DNA of 64,000 nt, taken from contig MU058687.1 in assembly GCA_013265495.1 (NCBI GenBank), positions 3,164,001 to 3,228,000 on the forward strand, read 5' to 3'. The position numbers were made by a program, and so were the translations under genes. This document shows, piece after piece, positions 12,611 through 51,946 of the stretch. The DNA comes from Vicugna vicugna (lineage: Eukaryota). Below the pieces are notes generated by a model, which ran no database searches, was not told the origin of the DNA, and saw nothing but the letters and a program-made list of their open reading frames with translations. The first letter of the stretch is position 1; each line of letters starts with the position of its first letter.

Positions 12611-13684
12611 CTAGGTCATTCCCAAATAAAATAAAATAGTGAAACACTAATTGCTAAACAAGTCTAAGTGTACCTACTTTTGACCTCTTTTTATTACAGA
12701 GACTAGATACGTTTGGGTCTATTAGTAAATACATGTATCTTTCACCTTATTGAAAGACTGTACTATGACGTGGCATATGTTTCTAGGAATTATTAAAAGT
12801 ATTTATAAGCTTGCCAACCTACAGAATGCTAATGTAAAGGACAGTTCATAATTGCTTACTTCTTAGTTTTCACTAGAAATTAAGGTTTCTAAGGGTTAAA
12901 AGTTCTAACTAATGTATGTAATTAAAACTACTAAAATAAGTAAGGAAAAACATCTTTTTATGCAAGGAAATTTTTTTTTCTTAAATATAAGGAATGGTAA
13001 GCATGTTTGTTAAGGAAAAAGAAAGTGATTTTGTCCTATAACTGGTTATGTCTAAATAGGAAAGAAAACAACAGACAAACTAAAATGGATATAAAAAGTT
13101 GTAGAAAGTTTGTGAAAAAAGAAATCTCTGGAAAGGAATTTTGAGTGTAGTCATAACTGGCTAAGACTGGAATGAATTTAATTAAGTGAATGAGTAAGTG
13201 CAAAATTAAAACTTTATTTTTCTTTCTGTTAAAAGGACAACTTTTTTTCCTATTGGTCTGCTCCTGATAATAAGAGATTATAAAAGACTGTATGTTTCGT
13301 CAAAATAACCACTCATGTTCTATGTCATCTTTATTAGATCTTTGATTACTTAAGTAAATCTAGGCCTCTCAATATTCAAAGAGCTTTGTTTTGCTCAGGA
13401 CTATATAACCTTCTGTAACTGCCTGTGAAATTTCTGTCACTTTAAGTGGGTAACTAAGCATTGTTTCACAGTGACCTATGATCCTATTTGACCAAATGTT
13501 TTAAAACTTTTGATATTTTTGACAAACTTCCCAAAATGAAATTCTAAATGAAGTCTTTTTGATTTAGAACTCTGAAATATTATTTCAAGGCTCCTGAAAT
13601 ATTTCAAACATTGGTTTTCTCTCCTTATAAAAACAGGGGTATTAAACTAACTAGGCTTATTCGACACATTAAATTACATGGGAA

Positions 13685-13803
13685 GGGGTGGGTATAGCTC
13701 CGTGTGAGTAACCGCAGAATGAGCGCTTAGCAATGCATGAGGTCCTGGGTTCAATCCCCCATACTTCCATTCAAACAAATTACCCACCCTCAAAAACAAA
13801 CAA
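13685..13803 (+). mobile_element. Camelid-type tRNA-derived SINE (vic-1-like) with 14-bp TSD
   Basis: ggggtgggtatagctc...gaggtcctgggttcaatcccc (Pol III A/B boxes); TSD aaattacatgggaa (13671-13684) / aaattatatgggaa (13804-13817). Confidence 0.85.
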
Positions 13804-16800
13804 AAATTATATGGGAATCACTGCCAAATAAGTAATACTAAGCCTTCTTCACTCTGTGTCTGTATAGATAAATGTTATAAGTATTTCAGAAACTACGTGA
13901 AATTCCTAGAGATCTGATATATCCTTGAATAATATTACCAGTCATAATTCTAGTTATTATCTTAAAAGGTTGTATGTCACAGAAATAACCCAATTTCCTT
14001 GTCAACTGCACTGTAATCAGATCTTTAACCATGCCATGTTTAAGTCTTTTGTCATTTTCAGAGAGTTATTGCTTTATTCTGATGCTTCTACAAATACACT
14101 TTATAGAGAGATTCATGGAAAAGACTCTGACACTTACTCTAGGTGCAGGTTTCTAATAAACTTTCAGATCATACCACTGAACTGAGTAACAATTTACAGA
14201 ACTCTGACTTAGAAACCAACGACTTCATAAAACTCCTAACAAAAGATCAAAATAAAAAATTAATTCCATGGGACTAAATGAACTGATGAGAATGATTATA
14301 ATTTTTATGACTTTTTGTTTTAAACATTGCCAATTCTTTTTTGTCTTCTAGATTTAAGGAAACCTCTTAAGCTATCTATGACTTGTAGCAATCTGATAAA
14401 GGATACCTTTGTAAACAAAGATGAAACATTTATCTTTTTCTCCCTACCTGACCCTCCAGAATTTGGAAATTCTTGGTGATTATTCTTATTTTGATGGCAA
14501 TATAATTATTTTCACAAGAATCTGCTCTCTTTGTAACAGGATACAATTGGAAACATTGATTTTACTATCAAGACCTTGACTGGAATGTTAGATTTAAGAC
14601 TATGCATAAACTCAGATATGCCAAGACAGCTTTAAGGAACTAAAATTGACTTTATGGAGTCAATAAAGCCCCCTGGAAAAACAGCCTAAAACAAACAGCT
14701 TAAAAGGTTCTGAGCAGCCTTCCCAGTTGAGTAAGGAAGATCGCTTCCTGGCAGATAGAGAAACCTCAGTATATTTGGGAGACCTCAGGAAGAGATGAAT
14801 TCACTGAAATCTATAGATATTGCAGGTGAAGTCTGATAGGAAGTTCTTGGCTTGGCTTTCCTGGCCTCGAGAGGCCTTTAGAAGTTCAATCTGAGACTCC
14901 TCATGAAAAGTTCAAGCGAAGTAGATTTAAAAGAGCCTATATGATCAATAGCTTATGTAAATAATCAGGCCAAGTTTATTAAAAGCAGACTTATTCTGCA
15001 AAGAAATTGGTCTTAATCTGGCTATCTTTGGAAGAAATGAGGCTGGTTTTAGAGAGGAAAATTCTGTTTCGATTATACACTTTTGTGGATATTAGATTCT
15101 GGTGCTTGGTGCTGTCCTTTGTCTTTAAAGATTGTGTTTTCTACCTGTAAAATGGACGAGATCCTGATATTCTAGTTTCTTCCATTTTAAGCTGCCTTGG
15201 CCCAAAGCACTGCCCTTGATTTTGCTTAGTCTCAGAGATACTCCCTCAGGAAAAAAAAATGGTTGTCACCATTTAAAACTGTTGCTGGCAGGTGCTTATA
15301 CTCTTGGTGCATATATCCTTACTTTTACCAATTGCAAAAACAAACAAACAGCTCTCTAGGTCTCTGGAAATAGAGCACCCTGTCACTGATGGGGTGTTGT
15401 TCAGGAAAAACTGAATGGTACATATTACTCAAAATCACAGACAGCAGCAAATTATCTTAGAACCATCTTGTAAGCCATGCTCTCTATACATTCGCCAAGA
15501 GCAGGGTGTGTTCAATAATTAAAAACTGAATAAGTAAAGGTAAAAGTGGGAAAAAAGAAAACCATTTCTATAAGTAGTAGCAAATATTTGGTACTTGTTA
15601 AAACGGTAATTTTCGCTCATCTTATGAATTTTATAAATGTATAGATATTGAAGTTGATTTCCACGCCAATAGAAATATACTGATAATTAACAAGGTTAAA
15701 CCATGAAGGAACTTATGTTTCATTGTATTTTTCCCTTTCACATTTAGATGATACCATAGTGCATAGACTGGGCAGAACAATTCTTAACTAGGTCATAAAG
15801 TTTTCTTTGTTAAAGAAGCAGTCTCTCCTTCACTCCTCTTTCTTAATCATCAATGGTCACTTTGTTTGAACAGCTCTAAAGTGAGGAGGGAAGGCAGCGA
15901 AAACACTTTCAACTCTTACCACAGCACTTTCTAGATCATCTCATTGATTACTGGAAAGGAGTGAGAGGGACAAAAGAATGCCAGCAAACACACAGATCAA
16001 CTGACCTTTAAGGCCATTCTTAGTTCTTTAACTTCTACATGAACACCTGCAGAGATGTAGATGAAAATGAAGATCATTGTACCTAAAAATATCTCAAAAT
16101 ACCAAAAGGGACTGGAGAAGGAAATAGTGGTGAGAAAGAATAGAGCATAGGATGTTAAAAAAAAAATCAGTGAATCTTTTAAAACCACACTATATTGGAA
16201 CTTGAATTTACCCGTTCATGTTTTTCACATGATCTCAGAGAAAAAAGGATAAAATATCTAAAAATTTTACCTAAAACAAAAGTAAAAGAAGTATTAGCTA
16301 AAAGGCAGAGCAAACTGATTTTAATAACACGTTTCGCTTAAGTACCAGCTAAAGGGCACTGGAAAAATCTTCCTGTTAGGCTCTTAAAAGACCCAAGGAA
16401 TAGGAAAATAAATGTACCTTCCTGTCCAGTGAACAGTCTTGTAAAAGGGATATTTTATAAGGGACTTACAGGAAGCATGAGTTCAGTAACTTTGTAACAC
16501 TGAAGCAAAATGAGTGGGAACTAGGTTTACCATCTTCTAGACACAGCCCATGTTTTGCTAGACTGGCAACAAATATCAAAGTGCTCAGCTTGGGCAATTG
16601 TCAAATTAACAAACATCAAAGCAGACAGCCTGTCTCTCCCTACCCTTAGGGATACTATTTTAAAGTAGCCCTTTGGTTCTTTATCAGCTACAAGGATGAT
16701 ATTTGAATCTACTCCCACATTATTACTACTGCTATTTCTCTCATTGGCAATGAGAGCAGCTTTTGTTAACACCAAGCTCAGTACAGTAAACTCCTCTCCC

Positions 16801-17791
16801 AAGCACTGTTTATTATCCCTTTCCTAGTAGAAGTTTAATCCTTTAATTAGTTTCAATGCCAAAAACTAGGATTTCCTGAGGACTGCGACAGGATGTGCAA
16901 CAAGCAGCATGGGCCAAGGCGTAAAGTTGATTCAGTATAATCAGGAATTTAAAAGAACGTTTGCTAACGTACAACCAGAAACAGAGGGCCCCAAACAAAA
17001 GGAAGAAAAGAGGCCAAGTCCCTCTGAAAAATTAAGGAACTGAGTTTTAGAGGGTGCCAGCTCACAGTCAGGACAGAAAGGCTTCAATTCATACAAAGAC
17101 AGTCCTAATGTCCTCCTTTGGTACCGGGATATACCACAAGCCACTTTCAGAACTGAAGGGATGAAGAAATACGTGTATTGTGGTCAGGCACCCACGGGCA
17201 GATGAAGATGGTTAGCAAATAAGGGAATCACTGGGGAAGAAGAGGTTTGGAATTAAACTAGAGTTTCAGAGGCAGAAGGCAAGGCAACAAATGAGAGCTT
17301 CACAAATTGATTAGTATTGAACATTTAGGAAAAAAGAGTATACAGTGGGCAAGGCCTTTAGTGGGTTATGTACTAAAGAATTTGACATTCTAAATTAATA
17401 TAGGCTGTAAAAAATACATGTAGCATAAAGAAAAAAGTAAAACAAAATAATTCCAACCAGCATTAAGAGGCCTGACCATAGGTCTCTGAATCCTTAGTTG
17501 TCTCTTCTCCCTCCTCTAAATTGGTTCCAACTTCACCTATGACACTGATTCATTTAGCAAGGATCATGAACTCTTTAGAAGGACGCATCAAGGCCTTTAG
17601 AATGAAATTGGCAACTTAGCATCACCAACAAACTCCTGTTTTACATGCCAGTATTTCCCTTATTTTTCTTTTAAAAGAAAAAGATCAAATATCTTGTCTT
17701 CGCATTTCCTTTCCTTTCCCCAATTACCACCAATCAATAGAGCTGCTTTTGGTTTTCACTGATGTAACAAAGATCAAAAAAAAAAAAAAAA

Positions 17792-18076
17792 NNNNNNNNN
17801 NNNNNNNNNNNNNNNNNNNNNNNNNNNNNNNNNNNNNNNNNNNNNNNNNNNNNNNNNNNNNNNNNNNNNNNNNNNNNNNNNNNNNNNNNNNNNNNNNNNN
17901 NNNNNNNNNNNNNNNNNNNNNNNNNNNNNNNNNNNNNNNNNNNNNNNNNNNNNNNNNNNNNNNNNNNNNNNNNNNNNNNNNNNNNNNNNNNNNNNNNNNN
18001 NNNNNNNNNNNNNNNNNNNNNNNNNNNNNNNNNNNNNNNNNNNNNNNNNNNNNNNNNNNNNNNNNNNNNNNNNNNN
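17792..18076. other. Assembly gap (285 N) flanked by poly-A on both sides, followed by (AG)n
   Basis: Run of N characters. Confidence 1.
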
Positions 18077-19635
18077 AAAAAAAAAAAAAAAAAAGAGAAA
18101 AGAGAGAGAGAGAGAGAGATAACCCTCAAATCTCTTAAAAGTTGGTCTGCATTATTAACTGAGGTTTTCTTTACAATGCACAGTCTACGGCCTTGTCCAC
18201 CAGGGCCCAAGTGTGGTAGAGCGGACTCCAATCCTCATTTTTAATAAGCTCCACAGAAAACTTGATTTTTATTTAGTTGACTCTCTAATAGTGAAACAAA
18301 TAAATTACATAAAAGCAGATACATAATAATAAAGAAAAAAATGGAATCCAAATATCCCTAGGCTCACAAAGCATAGGGACCGGAGAGAAGGGTACCCAGG
18401 CTCAACCAAAGGAAAAGCCCGCCTGCCAAACATAACAAGTGGATGTCAGCACCCACCCACTCCCACCCTAGGGAGAAGCAGGAAATTCTCTTTATGACCA
18501 CTCCCTCCAAAAAAGACTGTTTTCTTTAAGAGTTCTGCCCGCTCAGTGTAGGGATCCTGGAATGCTTTAAAAAAAGCTTTTCAGTTCTTCTAAATTAGCT
18601 TTTGACAGTTCCTGGGATTCTCAAGGTGATCATTTAACACCTCATTACCAAGTCTATTATAGGAATTAGTTCAAATGAGCCAAATCGAATTTTAATTAAA
18701 CCTCAATCTGCCCAAGGTATTCTTTTTCCTCTTACACCAATAGCCACCTGAACGGGCTCTCAGTTCCTTTCAATACAAAGAAGTACAAAAAGCACAGTTT
18801 TATACATAAAGTTATTTCTGTCATTTTAAAATTTATCTAGTAAAACATACCTATCTAGTTTATTTTTTCCCATGACCTGGCCATTCTGGCTTAACATTCA
18901 ACTATACAAGCAACGTACTTTAAGAACCCACCTCTTTTCCAATATTTCTGGATTATGCGTGCATTCATTCATTCATTCATTCAGCAAATTTATCAAAAGG
19001 CTACTTACTGGATGTCAGACACTATGCTAGGTGCTATGCTTGTTATTAACTACATCTTTGGCCAGAAAAAAAAAAAACATCAAAGCACAGCTGTGGAAAA
19101 CGGAAAAGCACAATTTTAGTTGCTTTGGTCAGACATTTTGCCTTGATTCATAAATAGATCTTACAGCTAATTTTCCATTACTAGATGTGGATTAGTAATG
19201 TGTGAAGTAAAATCTAGAATTTCAGATGTCTAGTGTAATTTGTCAGAATTTCCTAGGTCTCATTTTTTCTACTCACCAGCCGACTAACTCAGTATGTCCA
19301 TTCAAGGTACAAGCACACCATTCCCATCCGTTAATTCTCTTACTGTCATTCTTACGTCAGATGGCTCTCAGTATCTACTCATCGCTCCAGTCACATGTCC
19401 CTTTATACTTTGAGAAAAGGACTAGAATTGGAGGGGAAATGTGGAAAAGGATGGAAGAAGGGAGTGCTTACAAAGCAGGGCTGGGAAGGAATCTCAACTT
19501 CCCCTGCATGCTGCAGCTTTTCTGAAGGCTCTACACTCTCACCGCCAAAGAGCAACACGTCTTCCCACAAAGATGAAAACATTTATCACCCACCAATCAC
19601 AGACTATTTGTGTGTATGTTTAAGCCTTACTTTCA

Positions 19636-19687
19636 TATAGTGGAAAAGAATATGAAAAGAATAAATATATATGTATGTAAAAAAAAA
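19636..19687 (+). mobile_element. 52-bp L1 3'UTR-derived micro-insertion with A-tail and 14-bp TSD
   Basis: TSD aagccttactttca at 19622-19635 and 19688-19701; the insert resembles the L1 3'UTR segments at about 908-950 and about 60570-60610. Confidence 0.85.
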
Positions 19688-21304
19688 AAGCCTTACTTTC
19701 AATCTTATCTTAAGCAGGATTTATTTTCAAGTAAGTTATTAATGTACTGTGGAATCAGAACAAAAAAAAGTCTAATCATAAAAGTAATATATGAAACCTG
19801 GTAATACACAATTCTAACAGGACAGAATATTATTTTGTTTTAAAAAAAGAACTGTCCCCCTCCACCCAGCCACCTCCACCCCCGTTCCCAGCAAGAAGCT
19901 CCGGCTGTTTGTGGCTTTTCTTGGGGCTAGTGCCGCAGTGCTGAACAGTATACCCACACCTCTGGGCAGTGTCCAGATGAGGCATCCGTATTCCTGCTTT
20001 CCATGCTTCCTCCACTAATCAGCACCACTTTTTGTAATATTACTATTTTTAAATTCTTCTAGTTGCTAGTTATCTTTATAAATTTAAAGCCTACTTCTTA
20101 ATTTCAAAACGTGCTGTTTATAAACTTAAGATAGTTATCTACTGACTCCACCAAGTATGGTAACAGAAACTGCTACACTTGCACACCCCTCGCCTTCCTT
20201 ACCCTCTTTCTCTATCTCCTGCCTTCTGTCAGCTACTTTTACATTGTCCAGGTTTTTGATACTTACATCAGATTTATAACCATAGCTAAACTCTCCATGT
20301 TCTATCTGTAACTGACCCCCAAAACCAGAAACTCATTAAAATTAACATATTTCACTATATTGGTGTTAAACAAAAGATTGTTTTCCAAGTGTCAAGGCTA
20401 AGTGTTTTCTTTCTTTTTTTAACCCCCAACAACCCCCAGCAACTCCAGTCACATTTTAGTTTCGATTTCATCTAAGTGAAGGAGAGTTGTTCAACATTTC
20501 AGGCCATAGTACTATTATTATGAAACAACTATTTCAGATCCACTAATTCTGGTTTGGAGGGGGCAAAAAGAGAAAAACATGCTAAGCCCACAGACAAAGA
20601 ATAGCAGCACTGTGTGAACATACACCGCCATAAATCCTACAATCTGACACAGGTCATATCTTTGTTTGGAACAGATGTTAATGGACAACCCTAAAACTCA
20701 ACTGAAGTGTTTAATGACAAGAAAGTATTATACTTCAACTTAAGTCTAATCTGCTTTATAGTTACCTGTAAGTCCTATTTACAAGAAACAAAGTTCAGCT
20801 TTTCTATCTTAATTTGATTCTTAATCTTATTACAATGATGACTAGTCTCCGTATCTGTGTCATAAATACCTGCCAGTTAGAATGGAACAAATGCTTCTCT
20901 GGCTCTAGCTTACAAATGGTCACTTCTGGTTACAAGAGGACCTGGCTAGGGAAAGTGAAGGTCAAACCAACTGTATCATAAAAGCATGAAGATTTATCCC
21001 AATACTAGACAATCAGTCACAGCATCAAATCAAAGATTATATTTATAATAAAAACCCAAATAAATTATTCTTTAATCGAGCTTGTATTTTTTCCTAAGTC
21101 CTATAATTCTGAGAACACTGGCCAGTATACATGAGGCTCCAATTCAAGAATAATCCTGTCTGAGCGAATAACCTATCTTATCCTTCTCTTAGGTGTACAG
21201 CTGTCACAAGTTCTCCAAGCTTAAGAATACAGAGAATATAATAATGGACAAAATCATAGGTCACTAAGTCTTATATTACCTCTCTCCAAGGCACCAAAGT
21301 TATT

Positions 21305-21450
21305 ACTCATTTAGTCATTCACCAAGCATTTACTGTATGCCTACTATGTGCCAAACACGGTTCTAAACAGAAGGAATAAAGTGAACAAGATGGCCAAGAC
21401 TTCCCGTTTTCATGGAGATTATATTCTACTTGGGGAAGATAGATAACAAT
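21305..21450 (+). mobile_element. LINE-2 3' fragment
   Basis: cattcaccaagcatttactgtatgcctactatgtgccaaacac...catggagattatattcta. Confidence 0.75.
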
Positions 21451-22059
21451 TTTGGTAAAAATCAAGTCAATCATTCACTCCAAGGTCTAGAAGTAGGCAC
21501 TACTTAAGATGCAAAGGAGGAGCAAGACATCGGTGCCTGCTTTCAAAGAACTTATTATCTTATGGCAAAGATGACATATGAATAAAAAGTATAGTAAAGA
21601 GTCGATTTTCATGCATATAGCTTTGGTACAACTCATATTTTTACACATTATATAATGAAGTCCTAAGCCATCAATTCATCTAAATCAACTAACCAACAAG
21701 CTTTTAGATTTTCTTTCCAATAATACTGCATATGAACTCAAAGCTAATTTTTGGTATCTTTGGTATCTTTCTATAATAGCATTCTTCTAATACTTCATTA
21801 CATTTCATCCTTCTATTATAAGAAATGTTTGCTGAAGAGAAAAAAGTAAAGTGTGACTAGTAAAAAGATACATAGGACTTAGAAATAATTCATTGAGGAC
21901 AAAACCAAAAATTATTAAATATGCTGGATGTGGCAATAATAAATTCCATGTACTCACTAGAATTATGCTGTAGCTTTACATTACAGAGAAAAAAATCAAA
22001 ATTAAGTAGCATAAAATACCTAAGATAGACAGTCAAAATTATAATGAAAGGTGGGGCAA

Positions 22060-22205
22060 TACAGGGGTGAAGGTGTGGGAGGCACAAACAACGAGGTGTA
22101 AGAGAGGCTCTAGGATGTGTTGTACAACACAGCGAATATAGTCAATATTTTATAACTGTAAATGAAAAGCAACTTTTTAAATTGCATAAAAAAATTAAAA
22201 ATAAT
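22060..22205 (+). mobile_element. L1 3'UTR fragment
   Basis: ggatgtgttgtacaacacagcgaatatagtcaatatttt...; A-rich end. Confidence 0.65.
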
Positions 22206-23369
22206 AAACCTCATTTACATTAAAAAAAACAACGAAAAGGCTTAGAGACTTCATTATATGTTTAGGTTTTTAGTACTGAACACCAGTTGTAACATTCAGC
22301 ATGTGAGTCTACTGACTGACTTGCTTACACACTGTGAAGAAAAACATCATGTTCAAACATTAAGCACGGACTCTGTGAGACAAAATGATAAATGTGTGAT
22401 ACCACAAAGCTGTGTAACACGGGTTTTGGGAGAAAAAATGTATTAGCCCAAAGGTGTCATAAAAGACACGGCATTTCAGATTTTTGTGAAGGATGAACAG
22501 AACCTGGGTGATAGGAGGATAAGCATTCTGTTGAAGGCACCAAACTGGTTTAAATAAGGGTACAGAAAAAGATGGTTAAGCCAAAGTCAAACTACAGAGG
22601 AATGGAATTCCGTTGGTTCAGATCCTGTTTGGTGAGAGAAAGGCTTCTGGAGTGGCCCCACAGGAAGGACTGTTTACGACGAAATAAGTTTACACAACAG
22701 AGAAATTTGAAATATGCAAGTAAATAACACTATTATATCTTACAAAAAGGAGAAAATATTATGTCAAAAGTGAGCTTACTCATTTAATGTTTAATACTTT
22801 TGCATATCTGGCAACAAAAGTCAGAAAATTGAGAGTAAGGGCATGAAAAGAAAATCAGCTTCTTATTTCTAACATTCCCTTAAACCAACATTAAATCTAG
22901 GACCAAGCACTTACATTACATGATCTGCTCCCCCTCATTCCTAAACAGAAATTACATGTGAGACATTTACTACAAAGTGAAGAATTTGCAGTGTCCGTAT
23001 TACCATGTAACAGTCTCTTCTGTTCATATACGGGTGATGCTTTGCTTCCTCCATTCCCAATTCATTGCGCTACTGATACTCATTTAAAGACAGAAATATT
23101 GGTACAGCTCTTACGCAAATCTGACTCTTTCTAGACAAATTTCTTCAAAGTATAATCATGGGTGCATTATTTTCTGTACCTTTTCATGAAATCTGAAGGA
23201 CCAATAACATTCTTAAGCTATCTGAAACAGGCCATAAGCCTGCCAATATTAAGCAGCCCACAGAAACTATTCAAGAATTTGAGTTTGATAGTAGACAGGG
23301 CAAGAGGACCAATGTGTCTGTTTTTGTGCCAAACTAACATCCCTCCAAGACAAGACTCTCCCCTCTGTC

Positions 23370-23770
23370 CTCACCTCACTCACCCTCACGCACTCTACCT
23401 GGACTATGATGCTCTGGCCACGGTGGCCTCGTTGCCATTCCTGAACACAGAGTCACCTACACCTCAGGGCCTTGCAGCCCTGGATCTTCAGAGCTAAATC
23501 CTCACCTCCTTCAAGTGCTTGATAAAATCTTACCTTCTCAATGACCACCCCATTTAAAATTGCAAACTAGGTCCCCAGAACTCATCACCCACCTTCCCTG
23601 CTTTTCTCCAGAGCAATTACCACTTTCTAGCAACTGTATAAATAACTTCCCTTACTAGAAACTCTGTAAGGCAGAAATTTTGGGGTATTATATTCTTTGA
23701 TGAATCACAGGTGCCTAGAAACAGCACCTAGTAAACACTGTGGGCACTCAAATATTTGGTGAATGATTAA
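23370..23770 (-). mobile_element. LINE-2 fragment
   Basis: ggcctcgttgccattcctgaacac, cctcagggccttgca, gtgcctagaaacagcac...gggcactcaaatatttggtgaatga. Confidence 0.7.
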
Positions 23771-24344
23771 TAACATTACTCTCTGCTACAGTAATCTCTG
23801 GGATTAACACAACAGCCCACTATCCTCTACATCCTCGACACTCTCCCAGGGCACACTTTCCTTAAATGGCCTGCTTGTATGTGTGTTTCCTATGGATTCT
23901 GATTCACAGTCAAACATGTAGTGAGAAACTCAATGTTTGCAGAATTAATGAAATCCAAATGTTCTGAAAATAAGAGATTAAGTTTCTCTCACGCTAGGCT
24001 ACTTCTATTATAAAACCACACCCAGGTGATTAATTGCAGATATCTCTTTTTTAAAGGTCACCTTGAAGCCTACCGCCCAGTTCCACTTTTTTCTTTAAGG
24101 GCAATGAAAAGATGTATTCAGTGATGCCGTAAAAGTAAGTATTACTTAACCCACTCAAATCTAAAAGAAATCAGGTCACATTTAATCAAGATCAAGAAGC
24201 AGGCTTTATGAGAAACGGTATTTATCACTACTTTTGGTTAGATTTTTATTATCCTCCATTTTGAGAAAGAAACAATATAGCCAACACAAGTTTGTCATAC
24301 TAACTCAAAGTTTTAGGGACTACTTTTGAAATTATTATTTAAAA

Positions 24345-24872
24345 GCAGGTGCTCACAAGTTTTTCAAACAGCCACAAACCTTCGACCTGCCTCCCATTTG
24401 AGGTGAAGTCTGGTTTCCCACGCCCTGCAATCTGGGGTGGACTTAGTGACCTGCTTGTTAACAACAGATCAGAAAAGGTCACAGGTTTCAGCAGGTTCTT
24501 TGGGAATGCTTGCTCCCTGCAGTGTCCTCTCTGGATGCTCAGTCACCACACTGTGAGGAGCCCATGCCACATGAAGAGGACACATGAAGGTGCTCTGGTC
24601 AAAGCTTCAGCAGAGCCCAGTCTTCAAGTCCCTCCAGCCCAGGTGACGTGTGAGTGAAGATGCTTCTAGATGACCCCCAGCCTTTGGAGCCTTCCCCAGT
24701 TGCTGGAGTCTTCCAAGCTCAAGCCCCAGATACTGTGGAGCAAAGACAAGCCATCCCTGCTGTGCTCTGACCGAATTCCTGACCCACAGAATCCATGAGC
24801 ATAATAAGATGGCTGTTGTTTCAAGCCACTAAGCTTAGGGGGTGGTTACAGAGGCAGCAGATAAACCAGAAA
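24345..24872 (+). mobile_element. MaLR solo LTR (MLT1G/H-like)
   Basis: ccttcgacctgcctcccatttgaggtgaagtc...gaattcctgacccacagaatccatgagcataataagatggctgttgtttcaagccactaag. Confidence 0.8.
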
Positions 24873-25200
24873 GTGAATGCTAACCCAAAGCCTATATCTA
24901 ATTACCATATTTCATTTTCCCTCTACCAGTAGGGCCTAGATTTCATTATTTAGCACAGTTAAGTCATTTACCCAGAGGTCACGGATCAGATGAATCCATG
25001 CTCTAGGATAAGGCAAAGAAGTTATCCAAGGAGTGGATAGGTATTACCATCCATTTTTCAGTCACCTAAATCTCTGTGCTGAATCAGCAAGGCTGAGGCA
25101 CCTTTGTCAAATAACTAGGTTAAGTGCAGGCTATATACTTACATACCTGAGTATGAGCATATACACATGCATGTACATACATAAGCATATATACACATAC

Positions 25201-25221
25201 GTGTGTGTGTGTGTGTGTGTA
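25201..25221. repeat. (GT)10 microsatellite
   Basis: Seen directly. Confidence 0.95.
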
Positions 25222-25757
25222 TGAGCATACATGCATACTGAGGTCCAATCACACTATTTCCAGTAATACCTTATAGGAAACAGAGAAGATAATGATGTAG
25301 CTGTTGTTAACAGAGAGCTTCTCACAAGGCTCCGTGCTGTGTTCATGACTCTAATGGATTATTTTCTTCCCCAAGGAATCAATTTATGAAACTGAAAATG
25401 ATCAACACTTCCAAGAGATAACAAGAATGTATGTACCACACATTAGTAAAAAATATTATGGTAAAAATCTGATTTAAGAAAACAGGCTTAAATCAAACAA
25501 TATCAGATATACCACTTCTTTCTTGTTTTTCAATACAAACCAGGTAATTTTACTGCAAAATTATTATATAACTGAAGAGTGGAGAGTTCAAGGCTGATAA
25601 CATGAACTCTTTTACAGGAGTAAAACTGATTTTAGAAGCATTAAAAAAGCAACAAGCAAATGTATATCTCATACTCACAGTGGAGATACTTCAAAAATTA
25701 AAAAAAAAAAAAAACAAAAAACCCCAATTGCTCCCCTTTCATTGTATTTCTGTAGTC

Positions 25758-25778
25758 AACACTGCCCTCTAGTGGTAT
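25758..25778 (-). promoter_or_regulatory. Candidate CTCF binding site
   Basis: Minus strand reads taCCACTAGAGGGCAGtg, matching the CTCF core CCASYAGRKGGCRS. Confidence 0.6.
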
Positions 25779-26209
25779 AAAATAAAAGTCAAATGGCAGA
25801 AAGCAAATACCACTCATTGTTCATTTGAGTATTGTTAAGTCAGGGCATCTTGTTTGGACTACAAATTCCACCAAAGGAAGAATAAACAGAATTAGGATGA
25901 TCTTTATTACCTACTATATGTTCAACTAGAAACGCTTTTAAAATGCAATTCAAGAAAGACCCTGAAGACTTATCACTTAAGTCTCAGAAAGGCAGGTAGG
26001 ATAGTGAGATTAAAGCCTCACCATCTGCAGACAAGAAAATTCAACAGGAAGCAAGCTAGGCTAGGTCTTAGGGCATGTGCAATCACACTGAAAAGTGTCC
26101 ACAGAAACCAAGGCCTCATCACCTGCCAACTCTGTCCATTGGTATATCTGACTCCTCATTTTAGGGAAAAGGCTCAAGAAAAAGTGCACTTTTGGTTGCT
26201 AAGTATTTA

Positions 26210-51946
<25,737 letters not shown>

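Larger units (their letters stand above)
12513..15190 (+). mobile_element. ERV1 (MER4-group-like) non-coding internal segment, no LTRs recognised
   Basis: AT-rich sequence with motifs recalled from MER4-group internals (aaattaaggtttctaag, gtcacagaaataacc.aatttccttgtcaa, ggccaagtttattaaaa.cagacttatt.tgcaaa); interrupted by a SINE at 13685. Confidence 0.6.

Noticed and set aside
17734..18231. 165-aa and 129-aa ORFs
   Set aside because: Artefacts of translating through the N gap.
15900..18750. Possible second ERV segment or processed pseudogene
   Set aside because: No recognisable retroviral motif, TSD or protein similarity by eye.
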